From sequence record SRR20825019_1418: 64,000 nt of DNA. The stretch is one strand, 5' to 3'. Position 1 is the first letter of the stretch; every line of letters starts with the position of its first letter. Below the pieces are notes generated by a model that saw nothing but the letters and a program-made list of their open reading frames with translations, was not told the origin of the DNA and ran no database searches. Both the position numbers and the translations under genes were made by a program. This document shows positions 1 to 9,130 of this stretch, piece by piece.

Positions 1-606
1 GTCGGCCATGGTCATGGCTTCCACCTGATCGTGGGTAACGTACACCATGGTGGCGTCCAGCCGCTTGTGCAGGCGGGAGATCTCGATGCGCATCTGCACC
101 CGCAGGGAGGCATCGAGGTTGGATAGGGGCTCATCGAACAGGAATACCGTGGGTTCCCGAACGATGGTGCGGCCAATCGCAACCCGCTGGCGTTGACCAC
201 CGGACAGATCCTTGGGTTTGCGTTCCAGCAGGTTGTTCAGTTGCAGCAGTTTGGCGGCGTCGTTAACGCGCCGGTCAATCTCGGCCTTGTCAGTCTTGGC
301 GAGTTTGAGACCGAATGCCATGTTTTCCGCCACGTTCATGTGGGGGTATAGCGCATAGGACTGGAACACCATGCCCACTTCCCGTTCCTTGGGAGGCAGG
401 TTGTTGACCTTGTCGTTGCCGATGTACAGGTCGCCAGAGGTGATGTCCTCCAGCCCCGCTATCATTCGCAGCAGGGTGGATTTGCCGCACCCGGAGGGGC
501 CGACAAACACCACAAATTCACCGTCGTCGATATCCAGGTTCACATTGCGGGTGACCTGGGTTTCGTCATAACTCTTGCAGATGTTTCTTAATGTGACGCT
601 GGCCAT
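1..606 (-). CDS. malK: Maltose/sugar ABC transporter ATP-binding protein (3' end outside the window)
   Basis: Not in the ORF track; translated by hand from ATG at 606: [47 protein letters not shown] (Walker A), [24 protein letters not shown] (ABC signature). Confidence 0.92.
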   Translation of the reverse strand, partial: MASVTLRNICKSYDETQVTRNVNLDIDDGEFVVFVGPSGCGKSTLLRMIAGLEDITSGDLYIGNDKVNNLPPKEREVGMVFQSYALYPHMNVAENMAFGLKLAKTDKAEIDRRVNDAAKLLQLNNLLERKPKDLSGGQRQRVAIGRTIVREPTVFLFDEPLSNLDASLRVQMRIEISRLHKRLDATMVYVTHDQVEAMTMAD

Positions 607-642
607 AACGTATGTCTTCTTGTTTGATCTGTGAAAGCGGAC

Positions 643-2256
643 TCAGAGTGTTGCAATCTCCACACCCCAGGGCTGCAGTTCCAGCTCCCGGTCATTCCAG
701 GAACCGCCGACAAAATCCGGCGCGCCGCTGACTCTCTGGCCCGCGGCCGGAGCTGTGATTCGAACTTGCTGATCAGTCAGGTTCAGGGCGACCAGGAAAG
801 TGGCGCCTTCATAAGTCCGGGTGTAAACCAGAGTGTTTTCGGGGCTCTCCAGAAACTCAATGTCGCCCTTCAACAGTACCGGTTGCTGTGCACGCCAGCC
901 CAGGAATGTACGGTATGCCTGCAGGATGGAGTTTTCCTGTTCGTGCTGGACGGCCACCGCGGCACTGTAGTGTTCATCATAAACCGGTAGCCAGGGGCGT
1001 GCATCGGAGAAGCCACCATTGGCCTCTTTGTTGTGCCATACCATGGGTGTACGGCAACCATCCCGGCCTTTGTATTCGGGCCAGAAATTGATGCCATAGG
1101 GATCCACCAGGTCTTTGTATTCCAGCTCCGCCTCGGTCAGCCCCAGTTCTTCGCCCTGATAGATGCAAACGCTGCCACGGAGTGTCAGCAGCATTGCCAT
1201 ATAGGCTTTCAACTGTTCGGGCGAACCCGCCTGCCAGCGGGTAGCAACCCGTGAAACATCATGGTTGCCGATGGCCCAGCAGGGCCAGCCGTCGGTCAGT
1301 TTTTTCTCGATGGAGTCGACGGTCTTATGGAAAAAGTCGGCTCCATGCTGTTCTGTCAGCAGATCAAAGGAATAGGCCATGTGCAGCTTGTCGCCGCCAC
1401 TGGTGTATTCCGCCATGGTCTGCAGGGAGTTGTCGTCGCCGATTTCCCCAACGGTAGTCGTGCCGGGATACTGGTCGAGCAGGGCACGCAGGCGCTGCAG
1501 AAAGGCCAGGTTTTCCGGGCGGGTCTTATCGTATTTGTGGAACTGGTATGCGTAAGGGTTTTCCTTGCGCACACCAATGGAGCCTTCAGCAACGGCGTTG
1601 CTGGGCGGATTGTCCCTCAGTTCCGGATCGTGGAAACAGAAGTTGATGGCGTCCAGGCGGAAGCCGTCCACGCCGCGGTCCAGCCAGAATTTTACGTCTG
1701 ACAAAACCTGTTCAACCACGTCCGGGCAGTGGAAATTCAGATCCGGTTGGCTGGTCAGAAAATTGTGCAGGTAGTATTGCTTGCGGCGGCTGTCCCAGGC
1801 CCACGCGGAGCCGCCAAACACCGACAGCCAGTTGTTGGGTGGGGTGCCGTCGGCATTCGGGTCTGCCCACACGTACCAGTCCGCTTTCGGGTTGTCGCGG
1901 CTGGCGCGGCTTTCAGTAAACCAGCGATGCTGATCGGAGGAATGGCTCAACACCTGGTCGATCATGATCTTCAGATCGCGTTTGTGGGCCTCGGCAATGA
2001 GTTCATCGAAGTCCTCAATGGTGCCGAATATCGGGTCCACTCCGCGGTAGTCAGAGACGTCGTAGCCAAAGTCCTTCATCGGCGAGGTAAAGAAGGGTGA
2101 CAGCCAGATTGCATCCACGTTGAGGCTGGCGATGTAATCGAGTTTGGCAGTAACCCCAGGCAGGTCACCAATGCCATCGCCATTGGAATCGTAGAAGCTG
2201 CGTGGATAAACTTGGTAAATGACGGCTCCACGCCACCAGTCCGGGTTTTTCATCAT
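643..2256 (-). CDS. Alpha-glucosidase, GH13 family
   Basis: WWRGAVIYQVYPRSFYDSNGDGIGDL N-terminus; catalytic motifs GFRLDAINF, GEI and NHD; start placed at MMKN (2256) behind an RBS-like GCGAGG. Confidence 0.92.
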   Translation of the reverse strand: MMKNPDWWRGAVIYQVYPRSFYDSNGDGIGDLPGVTAKLDYIASLNVDAIWLSPFFTSPMKDFGYDVSDYRGVDPIFGTIEDFDELIAEAHKRDLKIMIDQVLSHSSDQHRWFTESRASRDNPKADWYVWADPNADGTPPNNWLSVFGGSAWAWDSRRKQYYLHNFLTSQPDLNFHCPDVVEQVLSDVKFWLDRGVDGFRLDAINFCFHDPELRDNPPSNAVAEGSIGVRKENPYAYQFHKYDKTRPENLAFLQRLRALLDQYPGTTTVGEIGDDNSLQTMAEYTSGGDKLHMAYSFDLLTEQHGADFFHKTVDSIEKKLTDGWPCWAIGNHDVSRVATRWQAGSPEQLKAYMAMLLTLRGSVCIYQGEELGLTEAELEYKDLVDPYGINFWPEYKGRDGCRTPMVWHNKEANGGFSDARPWLPVYDEHYSAAVAVQHEQENSILQAYRTFLGWRAQQPVLLKGDIEFLESPENTLVYTRTYEGATFLVALNLTDQQVRITAPAAGQRVSGAPDFVGGSWNDRELELQPWGVEIATL

Positions 2257-2358
2257 CTTGCCTCGCTTAACACCCTGGCGGTGAAAGATTGTTATTGTGA
2301 GAGCGGAGAGCATCCGCTGGAATAGCTTTCATGCATAGTGCGACGATGCTCCCGGCTG

Positions 2359-2425
2359 TTCATCCTCCTGACGCACTTTTTATTGGCGTAGACGGGGGGA
2401 TGAGGGGGGCGTAGAGGGGATGAGT
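2359..2425. promoter_or_regulatory. Three MalT-binding boxes upstream of the alpha-glucosidase/malK operon
   Basis: GGGGATGAGG (2396-2405) and GGGGATGAGT (2416-2425) on +, 20 bp apart; GGAGGATGAA (2368-2359) on -; compared with the MalT consensus GGGGA(T/G)GAGG. Confidence 0.75.
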
Positions 2426-2477
2426 CAGGGGCTGGCATCAAAACAACGATCAAACACAATTATTGAAATGAGGGTGG

Positions 2478-3494
2478 GTGGTGAACAACGGATGGTTATA
2501 TAAGGCGGCAGTTGCACGGACGTTGGCGTGGGGTATGGCCATGCTGCTGACTGTGGCCATGCCGGCCCAGGCCGAATGGGTACGTGTGAGCGGTACGGCA
2601 ATGACCACCGCCATAGAGATGGAGTTCTGGACCGAGGATCCGGCCGTGGCCAGCGAGGCAGGAGATGCCGTGCTGGCTTTGTTCGACCGTATCGACCGTC
2701 AGATGAGCCGTTACCGGGAAGATTCCGAACTGTCCCGGGTTAACCGCGAGGCGGCCAACGGACCGGTGGAGGTGAGCGACAGTCTCTTTACGGTGCTTCA
2801 GCAGGCGCTGAGGATTTCTGAATTGAGCCATGGCGCCTTCGACATCAGCTTTGGTTCCATCGGCTACCTGTACGACTTTCGCGCCAGACAACAGCCCTCC
2901 GATGAAGAGCTGGCGGAAGGCTTGGCAAAGGTGAATTACAGATCGGTGGTGCTGGACCCCAGTGCCAATACCGTCCGATTCCTTGATGAGGGGGTGCGGC
3001 TGGATCTGGGTGGCATTGCCAAGGGGTATACCGTTGACCTTGGTATCGACATCCTGAAATCGTTCGGCATTCGTCATGCCCGCTTGAGCGCGGGGGGAGA
3101 CCTGCGGCTGCTGGGTGATAAGCGCGGCAAGCCTTGGATCGTGGGTATTCGGGACCCCCGATCTGAATCACGCAACGCTATGGTTTTGCCACTGACCAAC
3201 GTGGCAGTGTCGACATCAGGCGATTACGAACGCTTCTTTTTTGACGACAACAACGAGCGTGTCCATCACATTCTCTCGCCCGCGACTGGAAAACCGGCAA
3301 AAGGCGTGCAGAGTGTGACCATCCTCGGCGACGACAGCATCACAACCGATGGCTTGTCCACGGCGGTCTTTGTGCTTGGGGCGGCCAAGGGTCTTGGAAT
3401 GGTCAATCGGTTAAAGGGCATCGACGCCGTCATCATTGATGAACAGCGTCAGGTGCATTATTCGGACGGGCTGATGCCGCCGGAAAGGGAGTGA
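2478..3494 (+). CDS. apbE: FAD:protein FMN transferase
   Basis: Signal peptide; AMTT, SELSRVN, DLGGIAKGY, AVSTSGDYER and HHILSPATG motifs; exact start uncertain. Confidence 0.93.
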   Translation: MVNNGWLYKAAVARTLAWGMAMLLTVAMPAQAEWVRVSGTAMTTAIEMEFWTEDPAVASEAGDAVLALFDRIDRQMSRYREDSELSRVNREAANGPVEVSDSLFTVLQQALRISELSHGAFDISFGSIGYLYDFRARQQPSDEELAEGLAKVNYRSVVLDPSANTVRFLDEGVRLDLGGIAKGYTVDLGIDILKSFGIRHARLSAGGDLRLLGDKRGKPWIVGIRDPRSESRNAMVLPLTNVAVSTSGDYERFFFDDNNERVHHILSPATGKPAKGVQSVTILGDDSITTDGLSTAVFVLGAAKGLGMVNRLKGIDAVIIDEQRQVHYSDGLMPPERE

Positions 3495-3503
3495 TGCAAA
3501 AGG

Positions 3504-3537
3504 GGTGTGCGACCGGGCCCGTAAGCCCGGTCACGCC
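3504..3537. terminator. Hairpin between convergent genes, likely an intrinsic terminator
   Basis: GACCGGGC-ccgtaa-GCCCGGTC stem; followed by a short T run on the - strand. Confidence 0.55.
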
Positions 3538-3540
3538 GGG

Positions 3541-5103
3541 TCACACAATCGGTTCGAGGGCGATGAGCCGATCACGGCTGTTTTGATTCCCGAGGCCATG
3601 ATTGGGGAACCGATCGGAGTTCTCGAACATGCCTTGTTCCCCATGCAGGGCCATGTAGTTGAGCAATACCGTCTGCACCAACTGGTTTACGTTGTTGGCC
3701 GCAGGGCTCGAGGCGGTTTCCACGGAGGCGTCCGAGCGCATAAAGCCGATCTGGTTGGTGAGGGCAGTGGGTTGGCCTGCCGGGCTGTAGACCAGGAAGA
3801 AAGACGCAGCCGTCTGCTGGTTGTCGCCTGTCCACTCGCCTTTGCCGCGCCCGGCCATGGATTCGTCCAGCCGACCATTGCTTGATACGGAGCCGTCGCT
3901 GAACACGTACAGCATCAGCGGCGTGCCCGTCCGGTGGGCGTATTCCAGGCAGGCACCCATGCAGCGGCCCGCCAGGTAGTCCCGCTCTTCACCGGTGCCA
4001 CGCTCGCCAGTGTGGTAGTCATAACCACCCAGCGTAACGGTACCGGCACCGGCGTAGCCATTCTGGACCAGTTTCATAACGGCTGCTGTTTTGCGGATTT
4101 CCCGGCCCAGCCGCGAGTTTTCGTTGAACTGGGCTTCGGTGAAAATGCCACCCACGATGTCCGTATCCTGAGATGGATCGATAGAAGACGGATCGGCAAA
4201 GCGTTCGGTCAGGTCTGCGCTTTTAACATAGCCGCAGTTGACGAGGTCCTTCACCACATCGTCTCTGGTGACAAGTGTGGTATCGACATTGTCCAGTTTC
4301 TTGCGGCTGATGCGCTGGATGGACTCCATCACGGCGACGGCATCGTCCTGATCCAGAATGGCGGTCAGGTCGCCCACGTCCACCAGCCCCGAAACATCGC
4401 TCGGGCGGTCAATCTTGGTGGGGCGTACTTGAGGATTGATCAGGCTCATGGGCGCCATGGAGTTGCCGCCACTTTCTGAGCTCTGCGAACCCACAAGTGT
4501 GAGTAGTTCACCGTCAGCGCCCGCCTTGCTGATGCCGTACATCGGGTTATGGGGGTTATTGCCGGTGTCGTTCTCGGAACGGGCGGCAATGATGGCGCCA
4601 TTGATGAAACCACGGGCGGCAATCGACGTGCTGTCTTGCATGCCCCGCAGGAAACCGCTGTCGGAATGGAACGCCAGGCCAAACTCCTGGTTCACGAAGG
4701 CCGGGTCGTTGGGCAGCATCGTGCCGGGCAAGCCCAGCTTGTTGTAGCCGGCCGTGCTCAGGAAGTCGAACTGGCCACCGGATTTGCCCATCAGCACATT
4801 CGAGCCGGCGATGTTGGCACCGCCGGCGAGGTCAAAGCAGATAAAGGGAATCTTGCCCGCGCCTGCGGAGGCGATGCCGCAGGATTCTTTCCAGTCCTCA
4901 AGGTCCGGAGACAGCGCTGCAGCCGCCTGCCGCGGATTGGCGAACAAGCTGAACACGGATGCGCCACAGAGGGTGGCTGCACCGGTCATAAAGCCCTGCG
5001 CGATGAACTCGCGTCGGGTTTTCGGTCTTGAGTGATCGCTGTGCAGGAGAGGTTGATCCGTCGCCAGTGCACGTTTGCGAGAAGGTTTGATATACATGGT
5101 CAA
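3541..5103 (-). CDS. Tat-exported DUF1501-like protein
   Basis: Twin-arginine motif KTRREFI and cleavage site AAA; DLAGGAN, LGGYDYH and VFSDG resemble the DUF1501 motifs LxGG, GGWDTH and SEFGR. Confidence 0.6.
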   Translation of the reverse strand: MTMYIKPSRKRALATDQPLLHSDHSRPKTRREFIAQGFMTGAATLCGASVFSLFANPRQAAAALSPDLEDWKESCGIASAGAGKIPFICFDLAGGANIAGSNVLMGKSGGQFDFLSTAGYNKLGLPGTMLPNDPAFVNQEFGLAFHSDSGFLRGMQDSTSIAARGFINGAIIAARSENDTGNNPHNPMYGISKAGADGELLTLVGSQSSESGGNSMAPMSLINPQVRPTKIDRPSDVSGLVDVGDLTAILDQDDAVAVMESIQRISRKKLDNVDTTLVTRDDVVKDLVNCGYVKSADLTERFADPSSIDPSQDTDIVGGIFTEAQFNENSRLGREIRKTAAVMKLVQNGYAGAGTVTLGGYDYHTGERGTGEERDYLAGRCMGACLEYAHRTGTPLMLYVFSDGSVSSNGRLDESMAGRGKGEWTGDNQQTAASFFLVYSPAGQPTALTNQIGFMRSDASVETASSPAANNVNQLVQTVLLNYMALHGEQGMFENSDRFPNHGLGNQNSRDRLIALEPIV

Positions 5104-5109
5104 CGTCCT

Positions 5110-7647
5110 CTACTGGATCAGTGTCACTGCACTGCCCAGTACGGCTGCGCAGCTTGCTTTGACAACGGTTTCGGTACGGCCGGCTTCGCAACTACCACCA
5201 CCACAGGTGGTGAGTCGTCCCATCAGCGCGTCCAGCTCGGCTTCAATGTCCGCATCACTCGGTTGCGTTGTCAGGCTTGTGCCGACGAACTTCTCCATCA
5301 ACGGCGTTTTGATGAGATCCCGGCCGGCGTCGTCAAACGCAGTGCTCGCATTCTCGCCAAAGTCAAAGCCCGGGAAGAAGGCGTTGCGGCGCGTGGTATC
5401 CGACACCAGAACATCACAGTACTGGATCGCCATCTGGGTAATCGCCATCTGATGGGATGACAGGAAGCCTTCAAGGTCCTCCACGGTCGGTAACTGCTGC
5501 TTAACCGTAGTGAATGTTTCGGCGACGCCCGGCTGGGTGGTCGGAATACCCGTCACCTTGGACATGGACGCATTCACTTCGTCAAACGTCTTCAGGCCGA
5601 TGGCGGAGAATTCCGTGCTACCGGTTTCTGGTGGCTGAGTCGGGACAGGGCCTTCCACTCGAACGTCTGTGTTGCTACCGAGCTGTTCAAAGGTCAGGAA
5701 GAACTGGTCGTTTTCCGGGCCTTCTTCCAGCGCGAGAACCGTGCCGAGTCTTGACAATGGCTGACCGGAGCCTGCTACGTAATCACTGGCATTCAGTGTT
5801 AGATCCAGATTGGCAAACGACTGGCCTACAACCACTTCGCGGCCGTTGATGCCTATTCTCATGCCCTTCAATGGTATACCCGATGGAGACTGGGTCTCGT
5901 CGAGACTGATGAAGAACGGATTTGAGAACAAATAGCCGTAGTTGTCGAACTGGCTGACCTCAAAGACGATAAAGCTTTCCGGCATATCCACCAGGTGGGA
6001 TACGCTGAACAGCAGGAAGAACTTCTGGCCAACGCCCACGTCGTAGTTGGCGGCAACCTGCTCTGCGGTGAGGGCACGGTTGTGGATGGCAAGCATCCTG
6101 ACCGCGCCTTCCCAGGGCGATTCACCGTCCGTCTCATTGCCCAACACCAGGGCGAAACTGTCGTCCCAGTCGGTCAGCAGGCCGGCGGAATCCGGGTCGA
6201 CATCACCGGAGGGGTCGCCATTCACAAAAATTTCGCGGCCACCGTCCGGTGAAAAGTTCACCACCACGTGTTGCAAGGTCGCCTGCAACAGCATGGGGTT
6301 GGCTTCGGTCAGCATTGGATCGTTCTGGTCGGTGGTGGTGCTCCGATGCAGGAACTCGTAGCTCTGCATGTCCTGGCCCAACGTGAAGTTCCGCGCTGTC
6401 GAGGAGCCGGAGTAGGTCACGATGCGGGAGTCTTCCTGGGTGATGTTGCCGGGCACAACCCACGCTTCGATGGCGTATTCGCCGGAGGCGGTCAGCAGGG
6501 TGTGCAGCTTGCGGCTGTCGGCAGTGGAGCCTTGAGCCTTGCCGGCACGGATCATTTCGCCTTCTTCGGTTTCAAAGGCAGGGCCAATATCAATACCCCA
6601 GCCGCCAACCCAGCCAACGTTGCCGCTGAGCGTCAGGTCCAGGGGTGGGGAAATACCGCTGGTATCAAAGGCCGTTGGGCCGTCGCCTGCTTTGAATTCG
6701 TAAAGCGCGATGACGTTGTCTTCGTATCGGCCGCCGGCATTGGCCAACAGACCGTCGTTGGCGAGGTTCAGTGCCTTGCTGGTCACCAGGTTGGACGGGA
6801 TTGGCTCCGGATCCCCAAGGCGATCAATGAAGGCCTGGATTGCAGCCAGCATCTCTGTGGCAGAATCGAGGCACTCAGCATCCCAACAGTTATGACGGTC
6901 GTCTCTCAGCCTTTCTACGAGCCTTGAAGAAGCTTCATCGGTAAGTATCCATTCATCGGTGACCGGATCTTTTCCGTCGTTCAGATCAATGCGGCTTTTG
7001 GACTGATCGTACGCAATGCCGACATTGGAGCTTGCAATGTAGGGTGTCTGGCCGTTGCTGGTGTGGCATTCGCTGCAGTACTGGGTTAGTACTGGGTAGA
7101 CGGTGTTTGCAAAGTCGTCGGTGTCTGACGGAAAGGTCAGTGTGTTGTTCACGTCCTGGATGTTTGGAGCGCGAAGTTCGACCGTTTTAACCGATCCCTC
7201 CGAGCCACCCGCCCAGTTTGAAATGTAGACCGTCAGCAGGTCGGTACAGGCAGTGACGGACGTCGTCCAGCAGTTGTGGCCACCCGCTACCTTGGTCACC
7301 ATCTCGGACTGGGACGGGTCGGACAGGTTAACAATGGTATTGGCCTGGGCGTAGGCAATGTTGATGTCGCCCTCATGCACAAACTGTGGTGACTGGCCGC
7401 CGGCGTTGTGGCAGGCGCCGCACTTGTTCTGGCCAGAGAGCTCATCCCACACGCTGCGCTTGAAATTCAGTACATCGTCGCTGGCGGGGGGCGGGCCACT
7501 ATAGCTAACGGTATTGGAGCCGCCGCCGGTGTTCGGAAGGGCTTCGGTAGACTCGCCACTGTTACAGCCCGCAAGAAAGAGCAGGGCGGCAAAAACGGAG
7601 AACAGCGCAGCGGGGGCTCGGGTTCCTTTACTGATTATGGTTTTCAT
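5110..7647 (-). CDS. Diheme c-type cytochrome lipoprotein with a LamG/concanavalin-like domain
   Basis: Lipobox LAGC; CGACH (7408-7422) and CSECH (7063-7077); LamG-like motifs YAIEAWV, QHVVVNF, EIFVNG and WEGAVRMLAIHNRALTAEQV. Confidence 0.75.
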   Translation of the reverse strand: MKTIISKGTRAPAALFSVFAALLFLAGCNSGESTEALPNTGGGSNTVSYSGPPPASDDVLNFKRSVWDELSGQNKCGACHNAGGQSPQFVHEGDINIAYAQANTIVNLSDPSQSEMVTKVAGGHNCWTTSVTACTDLLTVYISNWAGGSEGSVKTVELRAPNIQDVNNTLTFPSDTDDFANTVYPVLTQYCSECHTSNGQTPYIASSNVGIAYDQSKSRIDLNDGKDPVTDEWILTDEASSRLVERLRDDRHNCWDAECLDSATEMLAAIQAFIDRLGDPEPIPSNLVTSKALNLANDGLLANAGGRYEDNVIALYEFKAGDGPTAFDTSGISPPLDLTLSGNVGWVGGWGIDIGPAFETEEGEMIRAGKAQGSTADSRKLHTLLTASGEYAIEAWVVPGNITQEDSRIVTYSGSSTARNFTLGQDMQSYEFLHRSTTTDQNDPMLTEANPMLLQATLQHVVVNFSPDGGREIFVNGDPSGDVDPDSAGLLTDWDDSFALVLGNETDGESPWEGAVRMLAIHNRALTAEQVAANYDVGVGQKFFLLFSVSHLVDMPESFIVFEVSQFDNYGYLFSNPFFISLDETQSPSGIPLKGMRIGINGREVVVGQSFANLDLTLNASDYVAGSGQPLSRLGTVLALEEGPENDQFFLTFEQLGSNTDVRVEGPVPTQPPETGSTEFSAIGLKTFDEVNASMSKVTGIPTTQPGVAETFTTVKQQLPTVEDLEGFLSSHQMAITQMAIQYCDVLVSDTTRRNAFFPGFDFGENASTAFDDAGRDLIKTPLMEKFVGTSLTTQPSDADIEAELDALMGRLTTCGGGSCEAGRTETVVKASCAAVLGSAVTLIQ

Positions 7648-7653
7648 AATGTC

Positions 7654-8907
7654 CTATTCCCCCCGGCAATACGCGGCAGATTCCGCAAAGGCAGTTTTGA
7701 GGTTGTACCCGCTGCGGAAACTCGTAACGATTTCGCTAATCTTTGAGCGATCGCTATCGTTTGAAGGCTCTCGCAGGCAGACATTGCGGAATACTTTTCT
7801 CACCTGGCACTGGGCAAAAGCGTCGGAATTGGCAAACTCCCGCCCCAGGCTCTTGGCGCCGTTGCCGGAGCCGGGCAGGGAGCCATCCCAGCCCAGGCGC
7901 CGATTGGTGCCGGACCGCCAATAGTTGTCCCAGCCATCGTCCGGCGTCACGTATCCCTGCTCAAAGGTGGTTGAATTGATGTGGTATTTGGCGACAACGC
8001 GGGTACCCGTTTCCGGGTCCACGTCGCTAACAGAGTTGTAGATCAGCCTGCCCAGTTCGCCGTCAGGGTCCGTGTCCGCGTTGTACTGGTAGTCGTAGTA
8101 GGCAAAGGCCTGGGTCATGGGGTCCATGCCGGTATGACAGCCAACGCAGTTGCTGAGGAATACCCGGCTGTCGCCACCCGGGCTTCGCGACACATCCTGG
8201 CGGATGCGGTCCGGTGGCAGGGATACGTCCGCGACCTGCTCCAGGTCATTGCACATGTGGTTGAGCAAGGTAAACCGAAACATGGCGCGGTTGGTGCCCG
8301 CGCTGAAGAACGCCCTCGCTGCGGCCCGGGAGGTGATCACACCGGCCGTGGCGCCCGTGGGCAATTCGGAGTTCAGGCTGGACTGTGTGGTTTGCTCCAG
8401 CACGTTGTCATCACTGAGGGAGTAACCGGAGCGCTCAAGGTCCTCATAGTTGTCGTTGTTCGACGTTGAGTATGCCGAGATGCCGTTCAGGCTGGCGTTG
8501 CCCACATAGAGTATGTCGTCATATAAGACGCGTCTAAAATCATGATTATCCCGCACAATACCGATGACCGTCGCCGTGTAATCATTCAACGGCACGAAGG
8601 GGGACATCGCCTCATTTGTCCATGGTGCAACGAAATTTTTGAGGGTAACATCGTAAAACGCTGGATCTTCCATGGCCGTGTAGGCGGCAGAAACGGCGCC
8701 TGACGCACCATTGTTGGTTATGTTTGCCGCCATCTGATCGAGTACCTCCGGAGAAGGAGGAACACCGGCGATGCGTTCATGGATGCGTTTTGCCTGGTCC
8801 CGCGGGCCAGCGCTTGCGATGGTAGCGTGCGTTCCGACCAAAGCCAGCAGGACAGTGAGTAAAAATGTCCTCTTTATAAGTTGCCGGGTCGTACATAAGA
8901 CTGTCAT
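7654..8907 (-). CDS. Secreted monoheme c protein, DUF1588/DUF1585-like (planctomycete PSCyt3/PSD type)
   Basis: Signal peptide ending ASA; CVGCHTGMDPMTQAFAYYD; C-terminal FAQCQVRKVF; start at 8907 behind GAGGGA. Confidence 0.6.
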   Translation of the reverse strand: MTVLCTTRQLIKRTFLLTVLLALVGTHATIASAGPRDQAKRIHERIAGVPPSPEVLDQMAANITNNGASGAVSAAYTAMEDPAFYDVTLKNFVAPWTNEAMSPFVPLNDYTATVIGIVRDNHDFRRVLYDDILYVGNASLNGISAYSTSNNDNYEDLERSGYSLSDDNVLEQTTQSSLNSELPTGATAGVITSRAAARAFFSAGTNRAMFRFTLLNHMCNDLEQVADVSLPPDRIRQDVSRSPGGDSRVFLSNCVGCHTGMDPMTQAFAYYDYQYNADTDPDGELGRLIYNSVSDVDPETGTRVVAKYHINSTTFEQGYVTPDDGWDNYWRSGTNRRLGWDGSLPGSGNGAKSLGREFANSDAFAQCQVRKVFRNVCLREPSNDSDRSKISEIVTSFRSGYNLKTAFAESAAYCRGE

Positions 8908-9130
8908 GATCGATTCCCTCGATTTCGTTAGCATTCGCACATTAGTACCATTTTACAATTGTTCAAAGTCTAGGCGAGCTATTAACTGCGGTTTTGAGTG
9001 CTGCTCCACGTTATTACATAGCGTTACGTAAAAGGCTTGGAGCACAGGCCCCGTCTCGACTTAGCGTATGTAAATGGATTTTCAGGCCAAACAGGGTTCG
9101 TTGGTGGTGACTAAACATTACGAAAATAAA

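Noticed and set aside
3541-5103. Type II secretion GspF label that I recall being attached to similar proteins
   Set aside because: It has a Tat signal and no GspF-type TM topology, and there are no other gsp genes
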